64,000 nucleotides of DNA from a bacterium (GTDB lineage: Bacteria > Cyanobacteriota > Vampirovibrionia > LMEP-6097). The stretch is taken from positions 32,379-96,378 of the forward strand of contig JAYQSH010000007.1 in assembly GCA_038146805.1 (NCBI GenBank), read 5' to 3'. Shown piece by piece: positions 10,430-20,615 of this stretch. How positions within the stretch are numbered: the stretch's first letter is position 1; each line of letters starts with the position of its first letter. Under the pieces are notes generated by a model. It was not told the DNA's origin. It saw only the letters and a program-made list of their open reading frames with translations, and made no database searches. A program made the translations under genes and the position numbers.

Positions 10430-12318
10430 ATAAAGAATTAGATCAAGAGTTTTGGAAGCTTTTTTTTAAGGATGATTTTCATTCTTGTTTAGATTTAATA
10501 GAAGCTAATGAGGATTTTAAGTCATTTCCTATTTATAAATCAAAAGTTTATTTTCGCCTTGGTGATTATAATAAAGCCTATGATAATGTTGCTAATTTAA
10601 AAGATTGTGCACTTAAAGATTTTTTGTTTTTTTTGCTTAGTGCAAATCCTCTTAATCTTTTAAATGCTGACTATGAAGATGATGAGTTGTATGTTTATCA
10701 AGCGCAAGCTCTTTATTTGACTAGAATTTTTCTTGGTGAATCTTTTCTCAAAGAAAATAATATTAAGCAAGATCCTGATGAATTAATTGAAAATTGCTTT
10801 AAAAATTTTATTGAAAAGGGTGATTATACTAAAGCTATTTTGTCTTCAATTCAAAGTATTGAGATTGTTTTAGAAGAATATATTTTTAGTCAAGATTTAC
10901 AAATGCCTGTCATTCTAGATCATATAGAAAATGTTTTAGCTATTTGCGATAAAGTAAATCATTCAACTAAAGCAAAAGTTCTTTTGCTTAAAGGTAAACT
11001 TTTAAAAAACAAAGAAATTATTCAAGATGCAGAAATTTTGTTTGGCAAAGATGCAAATAAATTTGGATTGGCTGAAGTATATTTTTCTTACGCAAAAGAT
11101 TTTAATGATTTTAAGATGTATGAAAAAGCAAAAGATAGTTTTGCTCAATCTGGTTCTAACATTGCTGTTGGCTATGTTTTAGAAGCACTAGCTAGTGTAT
11201 ATTTACAACGTGGTGAAATTACAGAAGCAAGAAAAGCTTTTGATGAATCAAAGAAATTTTTAATTAATTCTGGTATTTTTGAAAAATTTGGATTACTAAT
11301 TCAAGAAATTTCTTTGCAAGCAATTTCAGGCAAATATCAAAGAGTAAAAGAAGCTGTGCATGATTTGATTAATGGTGATACACCTAGTTATTTTTCTGCT
11401 CAAGCTTATCAACTTTTAGCAAACACAACGATTCAGCTTGGTGAGTCTAGTTTGATTGCACAAGGTCATATTCAAACAGCAATTAGTTTATTTGAGGATC
11501 TAAAAAGATATCCTCAAATGCTTAATGCAAAAAACTTTTTATTTCAAACCTTTTTGTTAGAAGGCAAAGTAGATTTGGCAATAAAACTTTGTAATGAAAT
11601 TATTCACTTGGCTTCTAAATTAGGTAATGAAGATTTAAAAGCTAGTAAGTATATGGATTTGGCATATTTATTAGTAAGAAAAAATGCTGATTCTGAATTC
11701 TCTGAAGAATTAATTGATGAAGTACGTGATAATTTTAAAAAAGCAATTGATATTTTTAAAAAGACTGATAATTTTATTGGTGAAGCTGAGGCTTATCAAT
11801 CTATGGCAAATATCTATGCAAGTATTGGTAGATTAGAAGATTCACTAGAGAATTTTATTGAAGCAAAAAAACTTTTTAAAGCTGAAAAAGCCTTCATGCA
11901 ATCAGCAATTACAGATGTGTTAATAGGTGTCTTATTGCTTAGTTATGTAGTCCTAAATGAACAAAGTTATTTACTTACGATGAAACATTTTGATCAAGCT
12001 TTGTTATATTTTGCAAAAGAAAATCTCTCTGATTTGCATTGGAAAACTCTTTTTTTTATTGCTGATCTTAATCATAAATATTATTTTTTGAACAAAGATA
12101 AAGCAAATGCAGAGATCTATAAAAATAAAGCAAAACAATACTACCTTGATATGCATTATTTAATTGAAGATTTAGAATATGATCTTTCAAGTTTAAGTAG
12201 TCATAATAATGAAGGCTTTGGTGTCACCATTGATACTGCAAACGATAAAGCATACCAATTCTTTTTAAGTATTGGTGAAGAAGATTATGCAAAGAAATTT
12301 AGAAAAAATTTAAACTAA
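10396..12318 (+). CDS. TPR-like helical repeat protein
   Basis: 640 aa with repeated A..Y....G....A...F..A-type helical hairpins (for example EAEAYQSMANIYASIGRLEDSLENFIEAKKLF). Confidence 0.45.
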   Translation: MSAKANNTQQINKELDQEFWKLFFKDDFHSCLDLIEANEDFKSFPIYKSKVYFRLGDYNKAYDNVANLKDCALKDFLFFLLSANPLNLLNADYEDDELYVYQAQALYLTRIFLGESFLKENNIKQDPDELIENCFKNFIEKGDYTKAILSSIQSIEIVLEEYIFSQDLQMPVILDHIENVLAICDKVNHSTKAKVLLLKGKLLKNKEIIQDAEILFGKDANKFGLAEVYFSYAKDFNDFKMYEKAKDSFAQSGSNIAVGYVLEALASVYLQRGEITEARKAFDESKKFLINSGIFEKFGLLIQEISLQAISGKYQRVKEAVHDLINGDTPSYFSAQAYQLLANTTIQLGESSLIAQGHIQTAISLFEDLKRYPQMLNAKNFLFQTFLLEGKVDLAIKLCNEIIHLASKLGNEDLKASKYMDLAYLLVRKNADSEFSEELIDEVRDNFKKAIDIFKKTDNFIGEAEAYQSMANIYASIGRLEDSLENFIEAKKLFKAEKAFMQSAITDVLIGVLLLSYVVLNEQSYLLTMKHFDQALLYFAKENLSDLHWKTLFFIADLNHKYYFLNKDKANAEIYKNKAKQYYLDMHYLIEDLEYDLSSLSSHNNEGFGVTIDTANDKAYQFFLSIGEEDYAKKFRKNLN

Positions 12319-12322
12319 GTTA

Positions 12323-13701
12323 TTAGTTAACACTTCGAGAAATCTCATACCAAGAAGTTCCATCATAAATTAATTGAAGAGTGTCATATTGTCCTGCCAC
12401 AAAATTAGTCGCCGAACCTTGCAGATTTATTGTATTTAAAGTTGCACTATCATTATCTGTAACAGTGATAGTACCTTGAAAAATAATTACAATTTTTTGT
12501 CCTTCTTCAGCTCCAGTAATAGTATTAAGTATTCCTTCTCCTATAGAATTATTTAGTAGAGTTAAAGATTTATTTTCGCTGTCAAAACTATTTGCAGCAT
12601 TCAAATCTACTGTTTGCTTTGCTTTTAAATATGAGATCTCATTTGTATTTGCATCAATATTGCTTGTATTTGCATGTAATATGTGTTTCTTGTAATATTG
12701 TCTTCATTCGTTGTAATATTGCCTGCATTTGTTGCAATGTCAGTATCGTTACTATTTATGTTGTTAGTATTTGTCGTTATATTCGATGTATTATTCGAGA
12801 TCTCTGTAGTAAAAGAATCTATGCTTGCTTGATGAGAAACTAGCAAAGCATCGTGCGTAGAGATATTGTTTATGTTTGTATCTTGGTTAGCAACAATTTT
12901 TTCTATTGCTTGTTCTAAAGTGTCACCTATCGCTACTGTTCCAGCAGATTTTAGATAGGTGTTTTGCAAAGTCTTTGCAAACAATGTTGAATCTGCTAAG
13001 ACTGTTGATGATTGTGTCCCCGTGATATCACCACTGAGGGAGCCTGTGAAGTTACTAGCACCACCAATTATATCTCCTGTTATTCCTTCATTTGCAACTA
13101 TTGGACCTGCAAAAACTGTGTTTACTCCGGTTTTACCTACATTAGTTAGATTTGATAAAGTGCTAATGTTTGATTGAGATGCATTTACAACAGTAAGTGC
13201 TGAGTTTACACTTCCTACAATTCTTTCACCTTGATAACTTGGAGGAAACGAACCTGCTTGTCCTTGGGGTCCAGTTGGACCTTCAGGACCTTCAGGTCCT
13301 ATGATGCCAATAAAGCCAGTTGTTGTATTTTCATCTAAAACTAATAACCCTTCATAATCAGAAGATGCTTCATCAATATTTGGATCATTATAAATAATTA
13401 TATTTATTGTAGACTCTCCAGTTCTATCTATTAATGTTAATTTGACTTTTGTGTCATTGGTGACCAGTGGTAACTGAAGTTTTAACTTTGATCTTTTTTT
13501 ATTAGAAAGAGCTGTTAAAAAATATTCATCTCTATCTATTGTGGTTAATTTAATTTCACGGTCTAATTTCCTTCCCGTTATCTCTATATACTTGCCTTCA
13601 AAAAATTCACCTTTTAAATTTTTTGCACTTACGGCAGCTTTTACATTGCCTGATATAAACACCAAAATTATTGCTAAAAAATAAATATATGAAATTTTCA
13701 T
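12323..13701 (-). pseudogene. secreted collagen-repeat fibre protein, frameshifted (358 aa + 93 aa ORFs); paralog of 17833..19251
   Basis: Signal peptide, then GPEGPEGPTGPQGQAG Gly-X-Y repeats and N/T/I-rich heptad-like repeats (TNTNNINSNDTDIATNAGNITTNEDNI). The downstream frame is open from 12703 and continues the same repeat (HANTSNIDANTNEISYLKAK...) into the 93-aa ORF. That ORF's end (ITGAEEGQKIVI...LIYDGTSWYEI) matches the C-terminus of the 472-aa paralog. Confidence 0.6.
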
Positions 13702-13833
13702 AATATTAAGCTTATCACTCTATTTCTCAGCTGTCATCATGCTAAAATATCGGTCTTTTTTACTATTTAGTCGGCTAAAGCTAGGTCTTTTAAGCTATTA
13801 CTTTAAGGCTTTTTGAGTCAATAACTTAATAGT

Positions 13834-15138
13834 ATGCATAAAAACTATTTTAAATTGCTATTTTTCACTTTTTTACTAAGCAGTCAGTTTTTTCTTTCTG
13901 TTTTTGCTATTAATGTCAGAATCAAAGATATTACAAAGGTGCAAGGTCTTAGAGAACATTACTTGGTTGGCTATGGTCTGGTTTCTGGTTTGCCATCAAA
14001 TAGTGGTGATAAAAATAGTATGGCAACAAATTTAGCACAAATAAATATGTTGAAAAATTTTGGTATTAATTTAAAAGAGTTTTTAATTAATAACCAAATT
14101 AATGTCATTAATTTAAATTCACAAAATATTGGTCAAAGAGTTTTATCTGCTTTAAGACAACTTAATGGTGGTTCTGTTGGTAATGTTGCTGCTGTTATGG
14201 TTACAGCAAAAGTTCCTTCATATACAAAAGAGGGAGATCATTTTGATGTGAGTGTTTCTTCTTTTGGTTCATCTCGCAATTTAACTGGCGGCGTTTTATT
14301 ACAAACTATGCTTAAAGGTCCAGATGGTAAAGTATATGCTTTAGCACAAGGTCCTGTTATTAATTCAGGATATGAGATTGAAGCAAATGGTAGTTTAGTG
14401 AGAGATGGGTCTCCAAATTCAGGAAGAATTCCCAAAGGTGGAATTATTGAAATTCCTCTTCCTACTGATGTTATGGCAAATGCTGATGGCATCACGCTTA
14501 CTACAGAGGATATAGATTTTTCAACAACAAGAAAAATTGTCGACACTATTAATAATTCTACTGTCAATAGAAGAGCCACTATCATTGATGGTCGTACTAT
14601 CAAATTAGAACTTAATGGACCAGAAGATAACCCAGTTGTTGCACTTGCAGATGTTGGTGAATTATTTGTTGATGCTGAAAATAAAGCAAAGGTTGTTATT
14701 ATGGAGCGTACCGGAACAATCGTTGTTGGTGCTGATGTGAAACTTTCAAGTGTTGCAATAGCACACGGTAATATTTCAATTACTATTAACACTAAAAATG
14801 CTGTTTCACAACCTGCATTGAATTTAGCAAATGTAAATGTTGCTACTGATAATGCAAACATCAACACTAACCCTTATGAAAATACACAAACTGGTGATAC
14901 TGAGCAAACCCCTCTTGCAAATAATTACAATCCAGGTATCAATACTCAGGCTTTTACAAATTCAGATATAGAATTTAGCGAAACAGATACTAGATATGTG
15001 GCACTAGAAGAAGCGACAACTCTATCTGACTTAGTAAATGAGCTAAATAAAATTGGTGTAACTTCAAGAGACCTGATTGCCATCATGCAAGCACTCAAAG
15101 CATCAGGTTCTTTGCAGGCTGATCTAGAAATAATTTAA
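13834..15138 (+). CDS. flgI: flagellar P-ring protein
   Basis: Signal peptide, IKDITKVQGLREHYLVGYGLVSGL N-terminal block and SRDLIAIMQALKASGSLQADLEII C-terminal block typical of FlgI. An N/T-rich insert near the C-terminus makes it long (434 aa). Confidence 0.9.
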   Translation: MHKNYFKLLFFTFLLSSQFFLSVFAINVRIKDITKVQGLREHYLVGYGLVSGLPSNSGDKNSMATNLAQINMLKNFGINLKEFLINNQINVINLNSQNIGQRVLSALRQLNGGSVGNVAAVMVTAKVPSYTKEGDHFDVSVSSFGSSRNLTGGVLLQTMLKGPDGKVYALAQGPVINSGYEIEANGSLVRDGSPNSGRIPKGGIIEIPLPTDVMANADGITLTTEDIDFSTTRKIVDTINNSTVNRRATIIDGRTIKLELNGPEDNPVVALADVGELFVDAENKAKVVIMERTGTIVVGADVKLSSVAIAHGNISITINTKNAVSQPALNLANVNVATDNANINTNPYENTQTGDTEQTPLANNYNPGINTQAFTNSDIEFSETDTRYVALEEATTLSDLVNELNKIGVTSRDLIAIMQALKASGSLQADLEII

Positions 15139-15142
15139 TACA

Positions 15143-16078
15143 ATGAAAAAGTTTTTTTTAATTTTGAATATTTTATTTTTGTGTATGAGCTCAGCTCATA
15201 CACAAACTTATAAAACTGGAATTATTGAAACGACTCCCGTTGATATTGTTGCGGAGTGGCCTATTGGACCCGGTACTAGTGTCGGTGAACATTTTACAGC
15301 TCGTGTAATCGAAAATGTTGTTTCTGAGCGTGGTGAAGTTTTTATACCAAAAAATAGTCGTGTTATCGGTGTTATAAAAAACATTAAAAATGCTGGTTCT
15401 TTTCATAGATCTGGTGAAGTTGATATATTGTTTGAAAAAATTATTTTTCCTGATAATGTTACTTCAATTGATATTTCTGCTGATGGTGATTTGATTAAAA
15501 GGTCTCAAATACTCTCCACTGCTATTGATGGTGTTTCTGAGGTTTTATTAGGTGCTGCCAAAGGTGCTGTTACTGGATTTAAATTTGGAGGATTACTAAG
15601 TTTAGCTGGCTCTGAAGGTTCTAATATTACTATTGCGGCTGGTGCTGGTGCGGCAATTGCTCTTGTGAGTTTTATTGCAAAAAAAGGGCATGATGTTGAG
15701 ATTGTACCGGGAATGCCAATGTTGCTCACTTTAAATTATATTGAAAAGCAAGATTATAAAGCGCAAGAACTTAAAGTTCAAGAAACTTCTTACGTTAAAG
15801 CTCAGGTTAAAAAAGTTACAGATGATTTTTTAAAGGTTGAAATTACGAATGATTTAAATAAAGATATTCCATTATCTAATTTAAAGATTGTTGATGCTTT
15901 AGGCTACACTACTAGACCACAAATTGAGTATAAATATTTTGATAATAAATCAATTCCAGCACACTCAAGCTTAACTTATAATTTTAATTTTTCTGTTGAC
16001 CATAAAGATGCAAGGTTCTGGTTGGTACTTACTGATAGTTTTGGTAAACAAGAATATTTTAGAAAGGCACTTAATTGA
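15143..16078 (+). CDS. secreted protein with VirB10/TrbI-like core, Gly-zipper segment and extra C-terminal beta domain
   Basis: Signal peptide. PIGPGTSVGEHFTARVIENVVSERGEVFIPKNSRVIGVIKNIKNAG...GEVDILFEKIIFPDNVTSIDI and HDVEIVPGMPMLLTLNY resemble the TrbI/VirB10 C-terminal barrel pattern (G-T-x-I-x-A...IP-x-GS-x-x-G...P-D-G). Motif-level call only. Confidence 0.45.
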   Translation: MKKFFLILNILFLCMSSAHTQTYKTGIIETTPVDIVAEWPIGPGTSVGEHFTARVIENVVSERGEVFIPKNSRVIGVIKNIKNAGSFHRSGEVDILFEKIIFPDNVTSIDISADGDLIKRSQILSTAIDGVSEVLLGAAKGAVTGFKFGGLLSLAGSEGSNITIAAGAGAAIALVSFIAKKGHDVEIVPGMPMLLTLNYIEKQDYKAQELKVQETSYVKAQVKKVTDDFLKVEITNDLNKDIPLSNLKIVDALGYTTRPQIEYKYFDNKSIPAHSSLTYNFNFSVDHKDARFWLVLTDSFGKQEYFRKALN

Positions 16079-16371
16079 TGGATATAAATTCTAGTTATTT
16101 GCAAAATTTTGACTTAATGAATGACAGTGCTCTTGCTCCTAATTCTCCTAGACCAAAACAGAAACAATTAGAAGCCGCTCAAGATTTTGAAGCAGTTTTT
16201 ATTCAAAGTTCTCTAAAAGCAATGCGTCCAAAACTAGAAGGTGGTCTTTTTAATGATGGACTTGCTGTAGATGTCTTTTATCAGTTTATGGACGAAGCAA
16301 TTGCAAAAGATATTTCAAGATCAAAAAATAACTTTGGTATTGCAGATGCCTTGATGAAACAAAATTTTTAA
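16075..16371 (+). CDS. flgJ: flagellar rod-binding protein (FlgJ N-terminal domain only)
   Basis: AAQDFEAVFIQSSLKAMRP matches the rod-binding motif. 98 aa with no muramidase domain. ATGA-coupled to the upstream gene. Confidence 0.7.
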   Translation: MMDINSSYLQNFDLMNDSALAPNSPRPKQKQLEAAQDFEAVFIQSSLKAMRPKLEGGLFNDGLAVDVFYQFMDEAIAKDISRSKNNFGIADALMKQNF

Positions 16372-17783
16372 ACTATTTCAGCTCTTAGTGCCCAAGCATT
16401 TGCTTTGGTGATTTTAACGTCAACAATTTTTCCAATATATTGATCATGTAATTCAGGATCACATTCTATATTAGTTGTTTTATTGTCAAAAATTCTACCC
16501 GCTAGTCTTCGTGGGTTGCGCTGTGACTTGCCTTCGATTAAAACTTTTTGAATTGTACCTAAATATCTTTGTGCTCTTTTTTCTGCAGTTTCAGAAATTA
16601 TTGCGTTCATAAAACGAATACGCTCTTGTTTTTCTTCTGCGCTTATATCATCTGCCCAAGTTGCGGCGGGTGTAAAAGGTCTTTTTGAATAAATAGCTGT
16701 GTTACAAGCATCATAGCCCACTTCTTGAATAGCTTTTATACTATCCATAAATTGTTCATGCGTTTCACCAGGAAAGCCAACGATGATATCTCCAGTGATT
16801 GCAGCGTCAGGCATTAATTTTCTAATGTAATTGATTAACTCCATGTACCTTTCATAGGTATAACGTCTTGCCATTCTTCTTAATATTTCGTTGTTGCCAG
16901 ATTGAATCGGAATATGAAAATATTTAGCAACTTTTGGCAAGTTCGCTACAGTTTCGATCAATTCAAATGTCATATCACAAGGATGTGAAGTCAAAAATTT
17001 TATTCTTTCTATTCCTTCTATGTCGTGAATCTCTTTTAATAATTGAGCTAGAGATGTTTTGATGTCGAGTCCATAACCATCAACATTTTGTCCAAGTAAA
17101 ATTATTTCTTTGTAGCCTTCATTTGCAAGTCCAATTATTTCCTGTTTGATTTCTGCAATGGTTCTAGATCTTTGTTCGCCACGTGTTTTTGGCACTATAC
17201 AATAAGTGCACCTATAATTACAACCATAAATAATGTTGACCCATGCGTAGTATTGGGTTTTTCTGAAAATTGGAGTTTCTGGAATTATTTCTGGTAATTC
17301 TTGCCAAACTTCTGCTGTTTGTGGTCTGGAAAACACACCCTTATTGGCAACAATACCGTCAACTTCGTTTTTTAATGCTTCAGCATATTTACTTTCTGCT
17401 TCTAATACTAAATCTGGTAAACGGTGAATATTATGCGTGCCCACGAGAAGATCAAGGGTTTTGATTTCTTTCACGAGATCTGTTCCTTCTTGCTGGGCAA
17501 CACAGCCAGAAACAGCAATTAAAGATCCGGGTTTTCTTAATTTATCCCATTTGCCGATATAACTTCTCATTTTATCGACGGCATGCTCTCTGATGCTACA
17601 GGTGTTTAAAATCGATAAATCAGCTTCTTGAAAATTTTCGGTTGGGTAATAATCAATTTCTTCAAGCATGCCAAGCATTCTTTCTGTATCTGCCATATTC
17701 ATTTGACAGCCAAGAGTTTCTATAAAAACTTTTTTTTGTTTTATTAGGGGTTTTTGCTTGCTTTTATCTTTTATAGCTTCCAT
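16368..17783 (-). CDS. miaB: tRNA methylthiotransferase (MiaB type)
   Basis: MTTase N-domain (LGCQMNMADTE), radical-SAM motif CNYRCTYC, C-terminal TRAM domain. 471 aa. Confidence 0.85.
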   Translation of the reverse strand: MEAIKDKSKQKPLIKQKKVFIETLGCQMNMADTERMLGMLEEIDYYPTENFQEADLSILNTCSIREHAVDKMRSYIGKWDKLRKPGSLIAVSGCVAQQEGTDLVKEIKTLDLLVGTHNIHRLPDLVLEAESKYAEALKNEVDGIVANKGVFSRPQTAEVWQELPEIIPETPIFRKTQYYAWVNIIYGCNYRCTYCIVPKTRGEQRSRTIAEIKQEIIGLANEGYKEIILLGQNVDGYGLDIKTSLAQLLKEIHDIEGIERIKFLTSHPCDMTFELIETVANLPKVAKYFHIPIQSGNNEILRRMARRYTYERYMELINYIRKLMPDAAITGDIIVGFPGETHEQFMDSIKAIQEVGYDACNTAIYSKRPFTPAATWADDISAEEKQERIRFMNAIISETAEKRAQRYLGTIQKVLIEGKSQRNPRRLAGRIFDNKTTNIECDPELHDQYIGKIVDVKITKANAWALRAEIV

Positions 17784-17832
17784 TTTGCATTATGTTAACA
17801 CATTCTTAAAGAATACTTGCTAGTATTTTAGT

Positions 17833-19251
17833 ATGAAAATTCTGGGTAAAATTTTTAGCGTATTTATTTTAACTATTTTGTTAATTTCGGGGGTTAATGC
17901 AAAGACACGATATAAAGAGTTAAGTGCTTTAACTAGCCCAACACGTAATGTAAAGCTTTATATTAATGTAAAAGACGAAAATCTTGATCTTAAAAAACGA
18001 AACAATATTCAATTAAGATTGGTAAGACCAAAGCAACTTTTAGTAGACAATGAAACTACTGGAAATATTGAATTGGTTTTGTATGACGTAGCGAGCTCTA
18101 CAAGAACTTTTATTAATTCTACAAATTTATCAGTAGGTTCAGCTAGAACTAAGGCAGTAAATATTTCTGTTGATCTAGGTTATTTTCAGGCAGACCAAAA
18201 AGATTTAGAAATTGATTTATATGATGCAACTGGTTCTATTGTGGCAACTTACCCTCTTGTAATAAATGCAATTAATAGAGAGGCTCAAGTAAGTGTGAGC
18301 GCTGATCCGAATCGTGATTATTCATGTGATGTTAATGATATTGAAGCTTGTATTGAAAGCTACCTCTTAACAAATGTAAGTTTTAGTGCTGTTCCAAAAA
18401 AACAAGCTAGCACCTCTGTTGAAAAAAACCCTATTACAGACAAATTAGAAATCACTTTTCCTTATGCAAGAAGATTTAGATATTTTAATGGAAGTAGAAG
18501 AAAAATTAATTTGAAAGTAAATGATCAAGTTTCAGAAAGTAATGTTACTGAATTGGATGAATTATCACTTAATCAAATTGTTTTACGTGATGTTAATCTC
18601 CAAACCAATTTAAGAAACGGAGCTATAGAATATGCAAATAATAATTTCTACTTTACTTTTAACGGTCAAAGAGTCTCTCTGAAAGATTTGGCTGGTCCTT
18701 GTTCTCAAGGTCCCCAAGGTCCTCAAGGGATTCAAGGTCCTCGAGGTCCTCAAGGGATTCAAGGTCCTTCTGGTACTCTAGCTAATGGAGCTGTTATCAA
18801 TGGTCCAGTTACTTTTACTAATAATGGTTCTTTTCAATTTCCAAAGGCCGCTGATGATGGATATCTATGGACTTCAGATGCTAATGGTAATGCAACTTGG
18901 AAAAAACCTGCAGAAAATACAATAACTCCAGTGGGTATTAGTGATGAAATTGATATAAATGGAATTACCAGCATAGACGTAAGTGGATATAACTTTATTC
19001 GTTTGATAGATTCTGATCTTACAACGGTTGATACTCTCTCTACTATCACAGGTGGAACAATGGGACAAAGAATTAGTATTCAATTAAAGTCTAATGATCT
19101 ATTTTTTGATTTAAATACTAATCATGATTTAAATACTTTACAGTGGGGTCGGGGAAATATTCTAAATCCAAGAAGACAACAAAAATCTGAGATCTTTAGT
19201 TTTCTTTATGATGGCAATGCATGGTATTTAGTTGACAGGTTCACTCTTTAA
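17833..19251 (+). CDS. secreted collagen-repeat fibre protein
   Basis: Signal peptide. Gly-X-Y run GPQGPQGIQGPRGPQGIQGPSG (nt 18709-18774, containing a 24-nt direct repeat). C-terminal domain ITGGTMGQRISI...FLYDGNAWYLV is shared with 12323..12604. Confidence 0.65.
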   Translation: MKILGKIFSVFILTILLISGVNAKTRYKELSALTSPTRNVKLYINVKDENLDLKKRNNIQLRLVRPKQLLVDNETTGNIELVLYDVASSTRTFINSTNLSVGSARTKAVNISVDLGYFQADQKDLEIDLYDATGSIVATYPLVINAINREAQVSVSADPNRDYSCDVNDIEACIESYLLTNVSFSAVPKKQASTSVEKNPITDKLEITFPYARRFRYFNGSRRKINLKVNDQVSESNVTELDELSLNQIVLRDVNLQTNLRNGAIEYANNNFYFTFNGQRVSLKDLAGPCSQGPQGPQGIQGPRGPQGIQGPSGTLANGAVINGPVTFTNNGSFQFPKAADDGYLWTSDANGNATWKKPAENTITPVGISDEIDINGITSIDVSGYNFIRLIDSDLTTVDTLSTITGGTMGQRISIQLKSNDLFFDLNTNHDLNTLQWGRGNILNPRRQQKSEIFSFLYDGNAWYLVDRFTL

Positions 19252-19390
19252 TTGACTATAGAAAACTTATATAAAAGATACAAACTGATTCTCTAAAAGA
19301 AATTCAATTTCAAGATTTTCTTTCAAAATTTTTGTAAAGTTTTTTTGTTAATTTAAAAGAATTTTGTAAATCTTGAAGTGTCCCTGTAAA

Positions 19391-20305
19391 TTAAACAAGC
19401 TTATTCGTAATACTTTTCCTAGATTTATTACTTAAGTTCACAAACTTAATTGTACAACTTTCTAAGTCTTGAATTACTAAAGGCTTAGTAAAGTTTTGAT
19501 AGCACTTAAGTGGTGACCTCATACCTAACGATTGATGAGGTCTTCTGTTGTTGTAGTATTCAACAAATTCTTTAACTCCTATTTTTACCTCCTTGATTGT
19601 TTTGAAATATTTAGGATAAACACATTCTTGTTTCAGCGTTCTCCAAAATCTTTCTACTATTGCATTATCAGTAGCTCGACCTTTACCATCCATTGATATT
19701 GCTACTTGATGCTCTAAAAGCACCTGAGTAAATTCTTGGCTAGTAAACTGACTGCCCTGATCGCTATTAAATATTTCAGGACAACCATATTGTTCAATTG
19801 CTTCCTCTAGGGCTTCAATGCAAAAACTTGTGTCCATCATATTTGAGATGCGATAGCTTAGCACTGACCTGCTAAACAAATCGATAATAGCAACCATAAA
19901 ACAAAAGCCTTGCTGAGTTCTGATGTATGTGATATCAGTGCCCCAAACATGATTTGGTTTATCAATCACTAAATTCCTTAGCAAGTAAGCATATTTTTTG
20001 TGTTCCTTCATTGCCTTGCTAGTATTGGGTTTCGGAGCTTGAGCTACCAATCCCATTGCCTTCATTAGCTTAGATACTCTATCTTTACCAACTTTAAGAC
20101 CATGGTGTTCTTTTAAAGCCCAGCGCATATTTCTACAACCAAACATTGGTTGTTTCGTATACTCCTGATCTATTGCATCCATAATTTTTTTATCTCCATC
20201 TGAAAACTCGGGTTTAGGTTTTCTATAATACTTAGAGCGATCGATGTTAAGCAACCCACATTGATGCGTGATTGGAAATTTTGAATCACCATCCATGAGG
20301 CTCAT
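19391..20305 (-). CDS. IS3 transposase OrfB (rve/DDE integrase core), expressed as OrfAB fusion by -1 frameshift
   Basis: WGTDITYI, SDQGSQFTS, DNAIVERFWRTLKQE and YNNRRPHQSLG motifs. The -1 frame after the A9 run reads KKNIGKLDFNGRMSLMDGDS, continuous with the ORF. Confidence 0.9.
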   Translation of the reverse strand: MSLMDGDSKFPITHQCGLLNIDRSKYYRKPKPEFSDGDKKIMDAIDQEYTKQPMFGCRNMRWALKEHHGLKVGKDRVSKLMKAMGLVAQAPKPNTSKAMKEHKKYAYLLRNLVIDKPNHVWGTDITYIRTQQGFCFMVAIIDLFSRSVLSYRISNMMDTSFCIEALEEAIEQYGCPEIFNSDQGSQFTSQEFTQVLLEHQVAISMDGKGRATDNAIVERFWRTLKQECVYPKYFKTIKEVKIGVKEFVEYYNNRRPHQSLGMRSPLKCYQNFTKPLVIQDLESCTIKFVNLSNKSRKSITNKLV

Positions 20306-20615
20306 TCTCCCATTGAAATCCAGCTTCCCTATATTTTTTTTTAACCCAGTCGATCATGACCGTTTGTTCACCAATTAAATTTTTGAGCTCTTTAATTTGA
20401 TTTTCTTTTTGCCTGAGTTTTTCTTTATGTTCTTCTTCAATTTTTGAATCAAAAACAGAAGCCGAATTCTCTTTGAGTTTTTTAACCCAATCTCTCAAAG
20501 TTTTTGGATCGATTCTGTACTTAGAAGCAATCGTAGAAATCGCTTCTTCATCTTTTAACGCTTCCAAAGCTGCTTTTGCTTTCAGCTCTGAGCTAATTTT
20601 TCTGTAACCTGGCAT
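20286..20615 (-). CDS. IS3 transposase OrfA (helix-turn-helix)
   Basis: 109 aa, HTH plus leucine-zipper-like region. Ends just after the A9 run. Confidence 0.85.
   Translation of the reverse strand: MPGYRKISSELKAKAALEALKDEEAISTIASKYRIDPKTLRDWVKKLKENSASVFDSKIEEEHKEKLRQKENQIKELKNLIGEQTVMIDWVKKKYREAGFQWENEPHGW
20334..20342 (-). other. programmed -1 ribosomal frameshift site (A9 on coding strand)
   Basis: T9 run on the + strand lies within the orfA 3' end immediately upstream of the orfB frame (ORF-track overlap 20286..20305) and fits the A-AAA-AAA type slippery heptamers used by IS3 elements. Confidence 0.6.

Noticed and set aside
12592-13177. Cys/Ile-rich 83-aa ORF and the 72-aa ORF opposite the collagen-like gene
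   Set aside because: They are antisense translations of the N/T/I repeat and Gly-X-Y regions. Their composition is an artefact of the repeats.
14238-14867. 209-aa ORF antisense to flgI, and shorter ones at 15191..15406 and 15505..15729
   Set aside because: They are fully embedded in well-supported genes on the opposite strand, have low-complexity composition, and match no recognisable family.
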